Part shown: piece by piece, positions 9,160 through 19,119 of the stretch
Position numbering within the stretch: position 1 is the first letter of the stretch
Layout: each line of letters begins with the position of its first letter
Assembly (NCBI GenBank): GCA_038324445.1
Contig: JBBQHZ010000003.1
Span: 2,106 to 66,105 of the forward strand
Length of the DNA stretch: 64,000 nucleotides
From: Rhodobacterales bacterium
GTDB taxonomy: Bacteria; Pseudomonadota; Alphaproteobacteria; Rhodobacterales; Rhodobacteraceae
Direction of reading: 5' to 3'
Made by a program: the position numbers and the translations under genes
Notes under the pieces: generated by a model
The model's input: the letters and a program-made list of their open reading frames with translations, nothing else
What the model was told of the DNA's origin: nothing
Database searches by the model: none

Positions 9160-10676
9160 CGGCGGTGCTGGAGCTTGACGGCATCACCAAGCGGTTCGGG
9201 GCGCTGACGGCCAACGACTCCGTCTCGCTGACCCTTGGTCAGGGTGAAATACTCGCCCTTCTGGGCGAGAACGGCGCCGGCAAGACGACGCTTATGAACA
9301 TTCTGTTTGGCCATTACGCGGCGGATGCGGGCAGCGTCCGGGTGTTCGGGCAGGAATTGCCTTCGGGCAAACCGCGCGCTGCCATCGAGGCGGGCGTCGG
9401 CATGGTGCACCAGCATTTCACGCTCGCGGGCAACCTGACGGTTCTGGACAACATCATGCTGGGGTCGGAATCGCTTTTGCGGGCGACGTCGTCGCGTGCC
9501 TCGGCGCGCCGCAAACTGATGCAGATCGCCGAGCGCTTTGGTCTGCCCGTGTCTCCTGATGAGAAGGTCAGTCGGCTGTCCGTGGGAGAGCGACAGCGGG
9601 TCGAAATCCTCAAGGCGCTCTACCGCGATGCGCGCATCCTGATCCTTGACGAGCCGACGGCGGTGCTGGCCCGGCCCGAAGCGCAACGCCTGTTCGAGAC
9701 GCTGAAGGAGATGACGAAGGAGGGGCTTTCCCTGATTTTCATCAGCCACAAGCTGCACGAGGTGATGGCTGCATCTGATCGGGTGGCAGTGCTGCGCGGC
9801 GGGCGCATGGTGGCCGAGCGCGTGACGGCTGAGACAACCCCGGAAGAGCTGGCCGAGCTGATGGTGGGCCGCAGGGTCGAACGTCCGGTCCGTCAGGATC
9901 ACCGGATCGGGGCACCGGTGCTTGTGGCAAACAGAATGCGGGTCGACGTCGGGAGCGAGACGAAACTGCAGGACGTGTCCTTCACCATCGGGGCCGGCGA
10001 AATTCTTGGGATCGTGGGCGTATCCGGCAACGGGCAGGCCAGCCTTGGCGCGCTTGTGTCCGGGTTGACGCGCCTGTCTGCCGGAACCCTCACGCTCGAC
10101 GGGCAGGATGTCGGGCTGATGGGGCCGCGTGGGATGATCCGAGCGGGCGTGGGCCGGGTGCCGGAGGATCGCCACAGCGAAGGCGTTGTGGGGGAATTGG
10201 CGGTTTGGGAAAACGCCGTGCTGGAACGATTGCGCTCGCCGGAGTTTTCAAAGCGCGGCTTTGTGCGGCGGGCGGCCTGCAAGGCCCACGCCGCCGGGTT
10301 GATCGACCGCTTCGATATTCGCGGCGCAACCCCCGACACGCGGACGCGCCTTCTGTCGGGAGGCAATATGCAAAAGCTGATCCTTGGCCGCTGTCTGTCG
10401 ATCGGCCCCCGGTTCGTGCTGGCGACCCAGCCGACCCGTGGCCTTGACGAAGGGGCGATTGCGGCGGTGCATTCCGAATTGCTGGCAGCGCGCGCGGCCG
10501 GGGCCGCGATCTTGTTGATCTCCGAGGAACTGGAAGAGGCCGTCGCCTTGTCGGACCGGATTCAGGCGATGGTAAAGGGACGCCTCTCGGATCCGATATC
10601 GGCCAGCGAGGCCGACGCGCAACGCCTTGGCCTGATGATGACGGGCGTCTGGAAGGAGGGGTCTGATGCGGCTTGA
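9156..10676 (+). CDS. CUT2/nucleoside ABC ATPase (two NBDs)
   Basis: GENGAGKTT, LSVGERQ, LSGGNMQK. Confidence 0.92.
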   Translation: MTAVLELDGITKRFGALTANDSVSLTLGQGEILALLGENGAGKTTLMNILFGHYAADAGSVRVFGQELPSGKPRAAIEAGVGMVHQHFTLAGNLTVLDNIMLGSESLLRATSSRASARRKLMQIAERFGLPVSPDEKVSRLSVGERQRVEILKALYRDARILILDEPTAVLARPEAQRLFETLKEMTKEGLSLIFISHKLHEVMAASDRVAVLRGGRMVAERVTAETTPEELAELMVGRRVERPVRQDHRIGAPVLVANRMRVDVGSETKLQDVSFTIGAGEILGIVGVSGNGQASLGALVSGLTRLSAGTLTLDGQDVGLMGPRGMIRAGVGRVPEDRHSEGVVGELAVWENAVLERLRSPEFSKRGFVRRAACKAHAAGLIDRFDIRGATPDTRTRLLSGGNMQKLILGRCLSIGPRFVLATQPTRGLDEGAIAAVHSELLAARAAGAAILLISEELEEAVALSDRIQAMVKGRLSDPISASEADAQRLGLMMTGVWKEGSDAA

Positions 10677-11709
10677 ACGACGGCCACAGGTTCCGCCTTA
10701 TCTTGTCATCGTGGCGCCCCTTGCGGCCGTGGCCGTGTCCCTGACCCTTGCGGCGGGCCTGATCGCTGCTGCGGGTGTGAACCCGCTGACAGCCTATGCC
10801 GAGATGGTGCGCGGCGCCATGGGCTCCCGCCTGTCGCTGACGGAAATGCTGACCCGCGCGACGCCACTGATCCTGACCGGGCTGGCGGCAGCCGTCGCGT
10901 TCCGTGCGCGGCTCTGGAACATCGGGGGCGAGGGACAATTCTTGATGGGCGCCTTGGTGACGGCGTGGGTCGGTCATTCGCTTGACCTGCCGCCCGTTCC
11001 CGGCATCGCTGTCCTGCTTGTCCTCGGCATGGCCTCTGGCGCGATCCTTCTGGCGGGGCCAGCCTATCTGCGCTTGCGGTTCGGGGTCGATGAGGTGGTC
11101 ACGACGCTGCTGCTCAACTTCATCGTGATCCTATTCGTCGGTCTGATGGTCGAGGGGCCGCTGCGCGATCCGCTGGCGTTCGGGTGGCCGTCTTCGGTGC
11201 CGGTGGACGGCGACTTCCGCCTGCCGGACCTGATCGCGCGGACCCGGCTTCATGTCGGCTTCCTGATCGCCCTTGTCGCGGCTGGCATCGTCTGGCTTGT
11301 CCTGTCACGAACGGTTTTTGGCGCCGAGACGCGCGCCGTGGGGCTGAACGCGGCGGCGGCGAAATTTGCCGGGATCTCGCTCCCCGTGAACCTGATGGCC
11401 GTTGCGCTGTTTTCAGGAGCTTTGGCGGGGCTGGCGGGATCGATCGAGGTTCTCGGCGTGACGGCCAACGTCACTACCACGATCTCGCCGGGCTTTGGCT
11501 ATGCGGGGATTGTCGTGGCGATGCTGGCGGCGCTCCATCCCGCGGGCGTCGTGGTGGCTGCCGTCTTTGTCGCCACGGTCTTCGTCGGGGCAGACGCCAT
11601 GAGCCGCGCCACCGGGGTGCCGAGTTTCATCGCCGACGTGATCGTGGCCTTGTGCCTTCTGAGCATGCTGGTGGCCCTCTTGTTCACGACCTACCGGGTG
11701 CGAAGATGA
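10666..11709 (+). CDS. Nucleoside-type ABC permease 1
   Basis: LWNIGGEGQ motif, many TM segments. Confidence 0.9.
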   Translation: MRLERRPQVPPYLVIVAPLAAVAVSLTLAAGLIAAAGVNPLTAYAEMVRGAMGSRLSLTEMLTRATPLILTGLAAAVAFRARLWNIGGEGQFLMGALVTAWVGHSLDLPPVPGIAVLLVLGMASGAILLAGPAYLRLRFGVDEVVTTLLLNFIVILFVGLMVEGPLRDPLAFGWPSSVPVDGDFRLPDLIARTRLHVGFLIALVAAGIVWLVLSRTVFGAETRAVGLNAAAAKFAGISLPVNLMAVALFSGALAGLAGSIEVLGVTANVTTTISPGFGYAGIVVAMLAALHPAGVVVAAVFVATVFVGADAMSRATGVPSFIADVIVALCLLSMLVALLFTTYRVRR

Positions 11710-12647
11710 TCGAAGCGTTGGACATTCTCGCGAATACCAGCCTTTGGGCGGCTGTCCTGCGTATCGCCACACCCCTGATCTTCGGGGTTCTGGGCGCGCT
11801 CTTGTGCGAAAGGGCGGGCGTTCTGAACCTCGGGATCGAGGGGATCATGACGATGGGGGCCATGACCGGATGGCTGACCGTCTATTTGGGCGGGGACCTA
11901 TGGACCGGGCTGCTGGTGGCCGCGATGTCGGGGGCGGTGATCGGGCTGCTGCATGCGATCCTGACCGTCCCGCTGGGCCTGTCGCAGCATGTTTCGGGGC
12001 TTGGCATCACGCTTTTCGCGTCGTCGTTGGCCTATTACCTCTACCGTTTGCTGGTGGAAGTCGGCGACCTGCCGCCCACGATCGAGCCGTTCCGCCCGCT
12101 TGATGTGCCGATCCTGTCAGACATTCCCATCCTCGGGCCGATCCTGTTCGCACAAACCCTGCCGACCTATCTGGCGCTGCTGTCAGTGGCGGTGATGGCC
12201 TATGTTCTTGCCCGCACGCCGTTGGGGCTGGCCATCCGGATGACCGGCGAGAACCCCCATGCCGTCGAGGCGCAGGGATTGAGCCCCATCCTCATCCGTA
12301 TTGGCGCGGTCGTGGCCGGATCGGCGTTGATGGCCATTGGCGGGGCGTTCCTGACGATGGCGGCCTTCAACAGCTTTTTCCCCGAAATGGTGCAAGGACG
12401 CGGCTGGATATGCATAGCGCTTGTCGTTTTCGCCTCGTGGCGGCCCGGCAAGGCACTGTTGGGCGCGCTGTTGTTTGCGTTTTTCGACGCCTACCAACTT
12501 CGCCTGCAAACGGTGGTCGAGGGGGTGCCCTATCAGTTGTTCCTGATGGCGCCGTACGTTCTGTCGATCGTGGCCCTCATCCTTGTTGCCCGGCGCGCCG
12601 AGGTGCCGGAAGCCCTGATGGCACCCTATCGACGCGGGGAGCGGTAG
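11706..12647 (+). CDS. Nucleoside-type ABC permease 2
   Basis: Start MIEALDIL (ATGA overlap); ERAGVLNLGIEG; GRGWICIALV. Confidence 0.9.
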   Translation: MIEALDILANTSLWAAVLRIATPLIFGVLGALLCERAGVLNLGIEGIMTMGAMTGWLTVYLGGDLWTGLLVAAMSGAVIGLLHAILTVPLGLSQHVSGLGITLFASSLAYYLYRLLVEVGDLPPTIEPFRPLDVPILSDIPILGPILFAQTLPTYLALLSVAVMAYVLARTPLGLAIRMTGENPHAVEAQGLSPILIRIGAVVAGSALMAIGGAFLTMAAFNSFFPEMVQGRGWICIALVVFASWRPGKALLGALLFAFFDAYQLRLQTVVEGVPYQLFLMAPYVLSIVALILVARRAEVPEALMAPYRRGER

Positions 12648-12693
12648 GGTCGCAGCCTGCGCAAAACGACCCCACCCCTCAGTGCATCCACCC

Positions 12694-13218
12694 TCACCCC
12701 GCAGGCGACCAGAGCGCGTCGGGGTTGGCGCGAGTCACGGCCATGCCGGTCGGATAGCTGACCAGCTCCAGCTGCATGCCCCACGGTGCGCGGAAGTAGA
12801 CCCAGGTCAGGCCTTCGGTAGGCCCTCCCGCCATGGTGGTCGGCTCCCCCTGAACCTCGACGCCATGTGCCTTGAGGTGCGAAACAGCTGCGTCCATGTT
12901 GTCGACCACGAAGCCCAGATGGGCCGCGCCGACGTCGCTGTTTGGCGGCGGAACCTGCGCGGCCCCGTCGAGGGAATATTCGAACAGCTCGAAGGCCGGG
13001 CCGTTCTTGCAGCGCAGCATGCGAAGCGTCTTTATGACCGCGCGCGGATGCACGCCCAGATGCACCGCCATCCAGTCGTCATCCGCCACGAAAGGCCCGA
13101 TCTCGAACACCAGGGTGCAGCCGATCACATCGACAAAGAAGCGTGTCGCGGCCTCCATGTCCGGAACGGTGAAGCCGACGTGATCGGTGCCGCTGAGGCC
13201 CGGCAGCCCGCCGCTCAT
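12694..13218 (-). CDS. VOC/glyoxalase-family metalloenzyme
   Basis: DHVGFTV..FELFEY..AHLGFVV..QLELV (H/E/H/E ligands); start MSGGLPG overlaps upstream stop. Confidence 0.85.
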   Translation of the reverse strand: MSGGLPGLSGTDHVGFTVPDMEAATRFFVDVIGCTLVFEIGPFVADDDWMAVHLGVHPRAVIKTLRMLRCKNGPAFELFEYSLDGAAQVPPPNSDVGAAHLGFVVDNMDAAVSHLKAHGVEVQGEPTTMAGGPTEGLTWVYFRAPWGMQLELVSYPTGMAVTRANPDALWSPAG

Positions 13219-13526
13219 CTGGTCGAGACCGGGTCGCAGACCATCGTCATCAGGCGCAGCTTCTGCAACTCGAACACCTTGTCCTTCACCTCGGCAAAGG
13301 CGGCCAGATGCGGTAGTTCTATGTGCTTGTCCCACTCGGCCCGGTCCGTCCAGTTCTCGTAGAAGGTGAACTCGGCCGGATCGTCATTGTCCTGATGCAG
13401 CCAGTATTCGACGCAGCCGGGTTCGGCCCGCGTCGGGTCGATCAGGCCGGTCAGGAAGGCGCGGGTTTCCTCGATCTGCCCATCTATGGCGCGCAGATGG
13501 GCGATGACGGTCAGTTGCTTGCTCAT
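13215..13526 (-). CDS. ABM-family putative quinol monooxygenase
   Basis: TRAEPGCVEY..FTFYENW..HIELPHL. Confidence 0.85.
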   Translation of the reverse strand: MSKQLTVIAHLRAIDGQIEETRAFLTGLIDPTRAEPGCVEYWLHQDNDDPAEFTFYENWTDRAEWDKHIELPHLAAFAEVKDKVFELQKLRLMTMVCDPVSTR

Positions 13527-13549
13527 GTCTCTGGTCTCCTCCGTTGAAC

Positions 13550-14611
13550 TCAGGTGTCGGCGCGGGCCTCGGCCATCACGGCCACAAGGCGGGCCTCGTT
13601 TTGCAGGCCGGGGGGCACCAGCCCGGCCTCGATATCGCGGGCGATCTCGACCACGCGGCGGTTCACCGGGGCGTCGCGGCCCACGGCGGCCAGCCCGTCG
13701 ATGACGATGCCGTGGACCTCGTCCACCTCGGCACGGCGGCCCTTGCGCCAATCCTGAAGCGAGCAGGTCAGCGTGTCGGCCATGGAATAGGTCGTCAGCA
13801 CCATGTCGAGGATTTCGTCAACGTAGCGGTCGGGGTGGGTGCTGATCCCGTCGGGCATCCCGATGATCGGCATGATGGTGGCCCCGTCGGCCAGCGCGGC
13901 CTGCATCGCTTCGTATCCGGCGGCGCGCATCACCTGCAACATGTCCGGGCGGCGCGCGGCGTCGTTGAGGGCGGCGTTGATGATCGCCGAGGGCACAAGT
14001 TCGGCGGCATTCACCACCAGTTTCATCCACTTGGCCGAGCGGATGTCGTCCACCACCTCCACATGGCCCGACACCCGCAAAAGGTCGGCCACCGCCTCCA
14101 CCCTGCCCTGCTGTTCGGGATCAAGCGCTCCCATGGCGAACCACGAACTGTCGTGGTCGTTCTGGCGGTTGGTGAAGCCGGGCTCCCACATGTTCGAGGC
14201 GATCTCGATCACCGCGCCGATGGTCCGTTCGCGGCCGACGATGGCGGCGATATCTTCGTGGGTCATGCCGTTTTGCAGACCCACGACAAAGCCATCCTTG
14301 GCCAATACCGGCCTTATCATCTCGACAGCCCAGCGGGTGTCATAGGCCTTGACCACTAGAAAGACCAAATCGAAGGCCTGCTTGATCTCGGCAATCTCGC
14401 ACAGGTGTAGGGCCTTGACCGGCGTATGCAGAACGCGGGTCGGCATGTTCACTGTCAGGCCATGGGTGCGCATCGCCTCTACATGGGCGGGCCATTGGTC
14501 GATGAAGGTCACGTCATGCCCCGCCAGCGCGAAATCCGCGGCGATGGACGCGCCCTGCGCCCCGGTTCCGAGGAAGGCGATGCGCGGATTGGTGTGGGTG
14601 CGAGGGGTCAA
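13550..14611 (-). CDS. Ketopantoate reductase (PanE/ApbA)-like oxidoreductase
   Basis: GTGAQG, VKAYD, LQNG, KWMKLVVN, SLQD..RRAEVD; TTG start with GGAG SD. Confidence 0.8.
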   Translation of the reverse strand: MTPRTHTNPRIAFLGTGAQGASIAADFALAGHDVTFIDQWPAHVEAMRTHGLTVNMPTRVLHTPVKALHLCEIAEIKQAFDLVFLVVKAYDTRWAVEMIRPVLAKDGFVVGLQNGMTHEDIAAIVGRERTIGAVIEIASNMWEPGFTNRQNDHDSSWFAMGALDPEQQGRVEAVADLLRVSGHVEVVDDIRSAKWMKLVVNAAELVPSAIINAALNDAARRPDMLQVMRAAGYEAMQAALADGATIMPIIGMPDGISTHPDRYVDEILDMVLTTYSMADTLTCSLQDWRKGRRAEVDEVHGIVIDGLAAVGRDAPVNRRVVEIARDIEAGLVPPGLQNEARLVAVMAEARADT

Positions 14612-14644
14612 GTCAGTGCTCCGATAGGGGGATTGGGCCGCGTG

Positions 14645-15430
14645 TCATTGCATGATCATCCCGCCGTCGATCATCAGGCATTGGCCCGTCATGTAAGCCG
14701 AGGCAGGCGACAGCAGGAAATCGACGGTGCCGGCGACATCCTCGGGCAGCGAGACGCGGCCAAGCGGGATGCCGGCGGCATAATCCTTGATCGCCTGTCC
14801 CGGCTCGGAAATGGCGCCCATCTCCAGCAGGTCACGATCCAGCCCGATCCACAGTTCGGTATCGACGATGCCAGGGCCAAAGGCGTTGACGGTGATACCA
14901 TGGGGCGCCAGTGTCTTGGCCGCCGCCTGCGTCAGGCTGATGACCGATGCCTTGCTGGCGCAATAGGGCGCAAAATCCCCGAACCCCGCGCGCCCGGCCA
15001 TGGAGGCGGTGCTGATGATCCGGCCCTTGTGGCCAGAAGCGATCATGGCTTTGCCCGCCTCCTGCATGCCGATCAGGACGCCGAGGCCGTTGACGGCCAT
15101 GATCTGGGTCCAGTTATCCTCGGTCGCTTCCAGAAACGGCATCGGGCGGTTGAACCCCGCGTTGTTGACCATACCGTGCAGGAAGCCGTAGGCACCTTCG
15201 CAGGCAGCAATGGCGGCCTTGACGCTGGCACGGTCGGTGACGTTGACGCGGCAGAACATCGCCCGCCCACCCGACGCCTCGATGGCTGTGGCGGCCTTTT
15301 GGCCCTCAGTCGCGTCGATATCGGCGATCACCACGCCATAGCCGGTGCGCGCCGCGTGCTGCGCGATGGCAAGGCCGATGCCGCGCGCGGCACCCGTGAC
15401 GATCACGCCACCCATGTTGTCATTCGTCAT
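14645..15430 (-). CDS. Classical SDR oxidoreductase (polyol/acetoin dehydrogenase-like)
   Basis: TGAARGIG, NNAG, YCASK, PGIVDT. Confidence 0.9.
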   Translation of the reverse strand: MTNDNMGGVIVTGAARGIGLAIAQHAARTGYGVVIADIDATEGQKAATAIEASGGRAMFCRVNVTDRASVKAAIAACEGAYGFLHGMVNNAGFNRPMPFLEATEDNWTQIMAVNGLGVLIGMQEAGKAMIASGHKGRIISTASMAGRAGFGDFAPYCASKASVISLTQAAAKTLAPHGITVNAFGPGIVDTELWIGLDRDLLEMGAISEPGQAIKDYAAGIPLGRVSLPEDVAGTVDFLLSPASAYMTGQCLMIDGGMIMQ

Positions 15431-15457
15431 CTGTTGGCTCCTCCCTCTGGATGCAGA

Positions 15458-16315
15458 TCAATCCACCTTGTGCAGGATGAAATCATAAGCCGAGCGCCAC
15501 TTGGTCCGGCCCGCCTCGACCGGATCAAACCGGGCGATCAGCGAGGCCTTCACACCGAAGACCGCGTCGGATGTCAGATAGGCATCGCCCGCCACAAAGG
15601 TGTGTGTGGTGACCGTGTTGTAGCCAGCGGCGCTGACGATGAAGTGCATGTGCGCGGGGCGATACGGATGCCGCCCCAGATGCCGCAGAAACTGGCCTAC
15701 CGGGCCATCGTCGGGGATCGGATAGGACACCGGTTTGATCCCCTCGAACCAGTAGCGGCCATCGGCGCCGGTGGTGAAGATGCCCCGGTTGTTGTGGCGC
15801 GGCTGCACATCGGGCTGCTGCACGTCGTAAAAGCCATCCTCGTTGTCGGACCAGACATCGATGGTCGCGCCCGCTATAGATGCGCCGTCCAGATCGCGGA
15901 CGATGCCCTCGAACAGGCAGGTCTCGACCCCGCCCTGCAACGTTATGTTGGTCCCCATCGGATAATGCGGCACGCCCGCCACATGGAACGGCCCCATCAC
16001 GGTGTTCTCCGTCGCACCCGAGGGGCGGCGGTTGTTGATCGCATCGACCAGCATCGATGCGCCCAGAACATCCGACAGCAAGATGAACTCTTGCCGGTTA
16101 TCGTCGCATATCTGTCCGGTGCGGGTCAGGAAACCGATGGCAAGCGCCCACTCCGCCTGCGTCAGTTCCACGTCCTTGATGAAGGCATGCAGGTGCCGAA
16201 CGAGGCTGGCCGCGACATCGGACAGACGCCCGTCGACGCCCGTGCCCATGCGCGCGTTGACCGCCTCGACCGAGCCGGTTTCGGTGAAATAATCGATGCT
16301 CGTGGGATCGGTCAT
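15458..16315 (-). CDS. Intradiol ring-cleavage dioxygenase (hydroxyquinol 1,2-dioxygenase-like)
   Basis: QEFILLSDVLG, GPFH, Fe ligands GFYD / SYPIP / RPAHMH. Confidence 0.88.
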   Translation of the reverse strand: MTDPTSIDYFTETGSVEAVNARMGTGVDGRLSDVAASLVRHLHAFIKDVELTQAEWALAIGFLTRTGQICDDNRQEFILLSDVLGASMLVDAINNRRPSGATENTVMGPFHVAGVPHYPMGTNITLQGGVETCLFEGIVRDLDGASIAGATIDVWSDNEDGFYDVQQPDVQPRHNNRGIFTTGADGRYWFEGIKPVSYPIPDDGPVGQFLRHLGRHPYRPAHMHFIVSAAGYNTVTTHTFVAGDAYLTSDAVFGVKASLIARFDPVEAGRTKWRSAYDFILHKVD

Positions 16316-16440
16316 GGGCACTTCTTTCCTGTCATCGGTTGCTTGGCCGCATCCCGCCAATGGATCGGCGTGGCCTGCGGCGAGGTGTCGAGCCGAAGGC
16401 TCGCCCGGATCTGCGTGGCGGCACCAACGGATGTGGTCAT
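16312..16440 (-). CDS. Candidate 42-aa small ORF or gene remnant
   Basis: GAGGGGGGAGAG immediately before ATG; stop overlaps the dioxygenase start (ATGA). Confidence 0.25.
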   Translation of the reverse strand: MTTSVGAATQIRASLRLDTSPQATPIHWRDAAKQPMTGKKCP

Positions 16441-16485
16441 CTCTCCCCCCTCACTCTCTTCGCCTTTCGTGCGGCGCATGCCACC

Positions 16486-19017
16486 TCAGTCCCCGGTCCG
16501 ACGGCGGGCGGTCGAATAGATCAGCGCCGCCGCAAGGATCAGGAGCCCTTGGAATCCGTATTGGAACGTCTGGGACAGGCCGAGGAACGACACCGCATTC
16601 AGCACCTCGGTCAATAAAAGCGCCCCCAGAACCGTGCCGATGAAGGTGCCTCGCCCGCCGCGCAGGCTGGTGCCGCCCAAGACCACCGCCGTGATGCTGG
16701 ACAGCGTGTAGTTCACCCCCTGCGCCGGATCGCCCACGCCGATCTGCGCCATCAGCATGATCGCCCCGAGCGCAGTCAGCAGCGACACGGTCACGTAACC
16801 GGCGATGAAAGTCCGATTAAGCCGAACGCCGATCCGACGGGCGGATTCCTCGTTCGAGCCGACCGCGCGCACCTGCCAGCCGGGCCGCAACCGGCGCAGG
16901 CCGATCTCGCCCGCGATTGCCAGTGCCACCAGAACGACGAAGGCGATCGGAACAGGACCCACGCGATAAGTGAGCGTGTCGATGACACTAAAGGCGATGT
17001 AGCCGCCCGGTCCGTCGCGCAGCACGAAGCTGAGGCCCTGAAGGCCGATGAACATGGCAAGTGTCGCCGCGATGGGCGTGAAATTGGCAAAGCGGATCAG
17101 GCAGCCATTGATCAGCCCGACGAGGATTGCCGCCACGAACATCAGCGCAAAGCCGGCCGCCATGGTCGCGGTCGAGCTGCCGTCGATCACGAAGAACGAC
17201 CCGATCACCACCAGAAACCCTGCCAACGGGCCAACCGACAGATCGATCCCGCCCATCAGCAGCGCCACGGTCTGGCCCAGCGCGATGAATCCCAGCGCAG
17301 TGGCGAGGATCAGGATATTCGAGACATTGAAGGCCGACAGGTAGTTGTCGTTCTGGCCAAAGACATATAGCGCCAGCGCCACGATCACGAGGGTCAGGGG
17401 CACCACGGTTGCATTGTCGGACTGGACGAAATGCCGGATCCGGTCGCCGAGCCGCCTCGGCGCATCCGCCCGTTCGCCTGCATGGTGGGCGTGGGTTTCC
17501 GCCTCGACCGCCGCGCCGACGATCCGCGCCTCGGTAATGGCGTCCCCGCGCAGGGCTTCAACGACCCGCCCGCGCGACAGGACGATGACCACATCGCACA
17601 GGCCCTGCAACTCGGCCGCATCGGAAGAGTTGACGATGACCGGCGTGCCGTTGCCCGAGACTTCGCGCAGGATGCGATAGATCTCGAACCTCGCACCCAC
17701 GTCGACGCCCTGCGTCGGCTCGTCAGCGACGATGAAGCCGGGCTCGGACAGGAGCGCGCGGGACATCACCACTTTTTGCTGGTTGCCGCCCGATAGCGAT
17801 AGGATCTTCGCATCGAGGCTGGCGGCCTTCACGGCAAGCGCGCCGAATACCTCCTGCACCTGTGCCACTTCGCGGCGGCGGTTAAGGATCCCCGCCGTGG
17901 CGAATTTCTCCAGCGCGGCGAAGGTCGCGTTCTCGCGGATAGTCAGATCGGCAGCAAGGCCTTCGGAGTGCCGGTCCGAGGGCATGAAGGCGCCTTCGGC
18001 CTTCAATTCTTTGGGGGCAAGCGTGCGCCCGCCCAGCGTGACGGCGCCCGTGGCCGGCAACAGCCCGGCCAGCGCCCGCATCAATTCGGCCTGTCCGTTA
18101 CCCTCCACACCCGCGACGCCAAGGATCTGGCCGCGCCCGACCTCGAACCCGACATCGGTGAATTTGGCCCCCGTCAGGCCCGTTACCGTGAAGTTCACAG
18201 GCGGCGCGGCATCGGGGCATTTCGGTGGGAAGGCGGACGCCAGCGTGCGCCCGACAATCATGTTGAGAAGATCCTGATTGCTCACATCCGCCACCATGGC
18301 CGTGCCACGGTGGCGCCCGTCGCGGAGCACGGTAACGCGGTCCGCGATCCGGCGTAGTTCGGCCAGGCGATGGGTGATGTAGATGACGGCCGTGCCCTTG
18401 GCCTTGAGGGCGCGAATGCGGAGGAACAGCATTTCCGTGGCGTCTTGATCCAACGAGGCTGTCGGCTCGTCCAGGATCAGCACCTTGGGGTTGGTCGCCA
18501 ACGCCTTGGCCAGTTCCAGCAGGTGCTTTTGCGCAACCGTCAACGTATCGCCGCGCGCACCCAGCGACACGTTCAGCCCGACATTGTCCAGCAGCGCGCG
18601 ACCGATGCCTTGCACCGACCCGCCCTCGAAGATCGCTTTCGGGACGGCAACGCGCAGGTTCTCCAGCACCGTCATGTCGGGCAGGATCGCGGGGTGCTGA
18701 TAGGAAATCGAAATCCCTAGCGCCGAGGTGATCTTGGGGCTGAGCCCGCGAACCGGTTGCCCGTCGACCTCGATCTGGCCCGTATTCGGCTGCAACACCC
18801 CGGTGATGATGTTCATCAATGTCGATTTGCCGGCGCCGTTCTCGCCCAGGATGGCATGAACCTCGCCGGGATAGAATTCGGCGCTGACATGGGAAAGCGC
18901 GTGGACCGCCCCGAAAGACTTGGACACATCGGTCAACCGGATCACCGCCTTGCCGGGAGCCGGGGCGTGGGTGGGTTCCGCGTTCGTCGCGGTGGAATGG
19001 AGCTGGACCACTTGCAT
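16486..19017 (-). CDS. Fused CUT2 sugar ABC ATPase + permease
   Basis: GENGAGKST, LILDEPT, LSGGNQQK, then an RbsC-like TM domain (GIDLSVG) in one 843-aa frame. Confidence 0.88.
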   Translation of the reverse strand: MQVVQLHSTATNAEPTHAPAPGKAVIRLTDVSKSFGAVHALSHVSAEFYPGEVHAILGENGAGKSTLMNIITGVLQPNTGQIEVDGQPVRGLSPKITSALGISISYQHPAILPDMTVLENLRVAVPKAIFEGGSVQGIGRALLDNVGLNVSLGARGDTLTVAQKHLLELAKALATNPKVLILDEPTASLDQDATEMLFLRIRALKAKGTAVIYITHRLAELRRIADRVTVLRDGRHRGTAMVADVSNQDLLNMIVGRTLASAFPPKCPDAAPPVNFTVTGLTGAKFTDVGFEVGRGQILGVAGVEGNGQAELMRALAGLLPATGAVTLGGRTLAPKELKAEGAFMPSDRHSEGLAADLTIRENATFAALEKFATAGILNRRREVAQVQEVFGALAVKAASLDAKILSLSGGNQQKVVMSRALLSEPGFIVADEPTQGVDVGARFEIYRILREVSGNGTPVIVNSSDAAELQGLCDVVIVLSRGRVVEALRGDAITEARIVGAAVEAETHAHHAGERADAPRRLGDRIRHFVQSDNATVVPLTLVIVALALYVFGQNDNYLSAFNVSNILILATALGFIALGQTVALLMGGIDLSVGPLAGFLVVIGSFFVIDGSSTATMAAGFALMFVAAILVGLINGCLIRFANFTPIAATLAMFIGLQGLSFVLRDGPGGYIAFSVIDTLTYRVGPVPIAFVVLVALAIAGEIGLRRLRPGWQVRAVGSNEESARRIGVRLNRTFIAGYVTVSLLTALGAIMLMAQIGVGDPAQGVNYTLSSITAVVLGGTSLRGGRGTFIGTVLGALLLTEVLNAVSFLGLSQTFQYGFQGLLILAAALIYSTARRRTGD

Positions 19018-19119
19018 CTTTCCGTCTCGGTCAGTGGGGCGGCAGTGCGTGTCGCGCGGTTCGAGTTATATGGCCCCGGGCAGGGTGTTCCCGCCCGGAG
19101 CCACGATGTTCCGGCAGGA

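Noticed and set aside
14426-16519. 697-aa plus-strand ORF
   Set aside because: Antisense shadow of the SDR and dioxygenase; no motifs; expected in high-GC DNA
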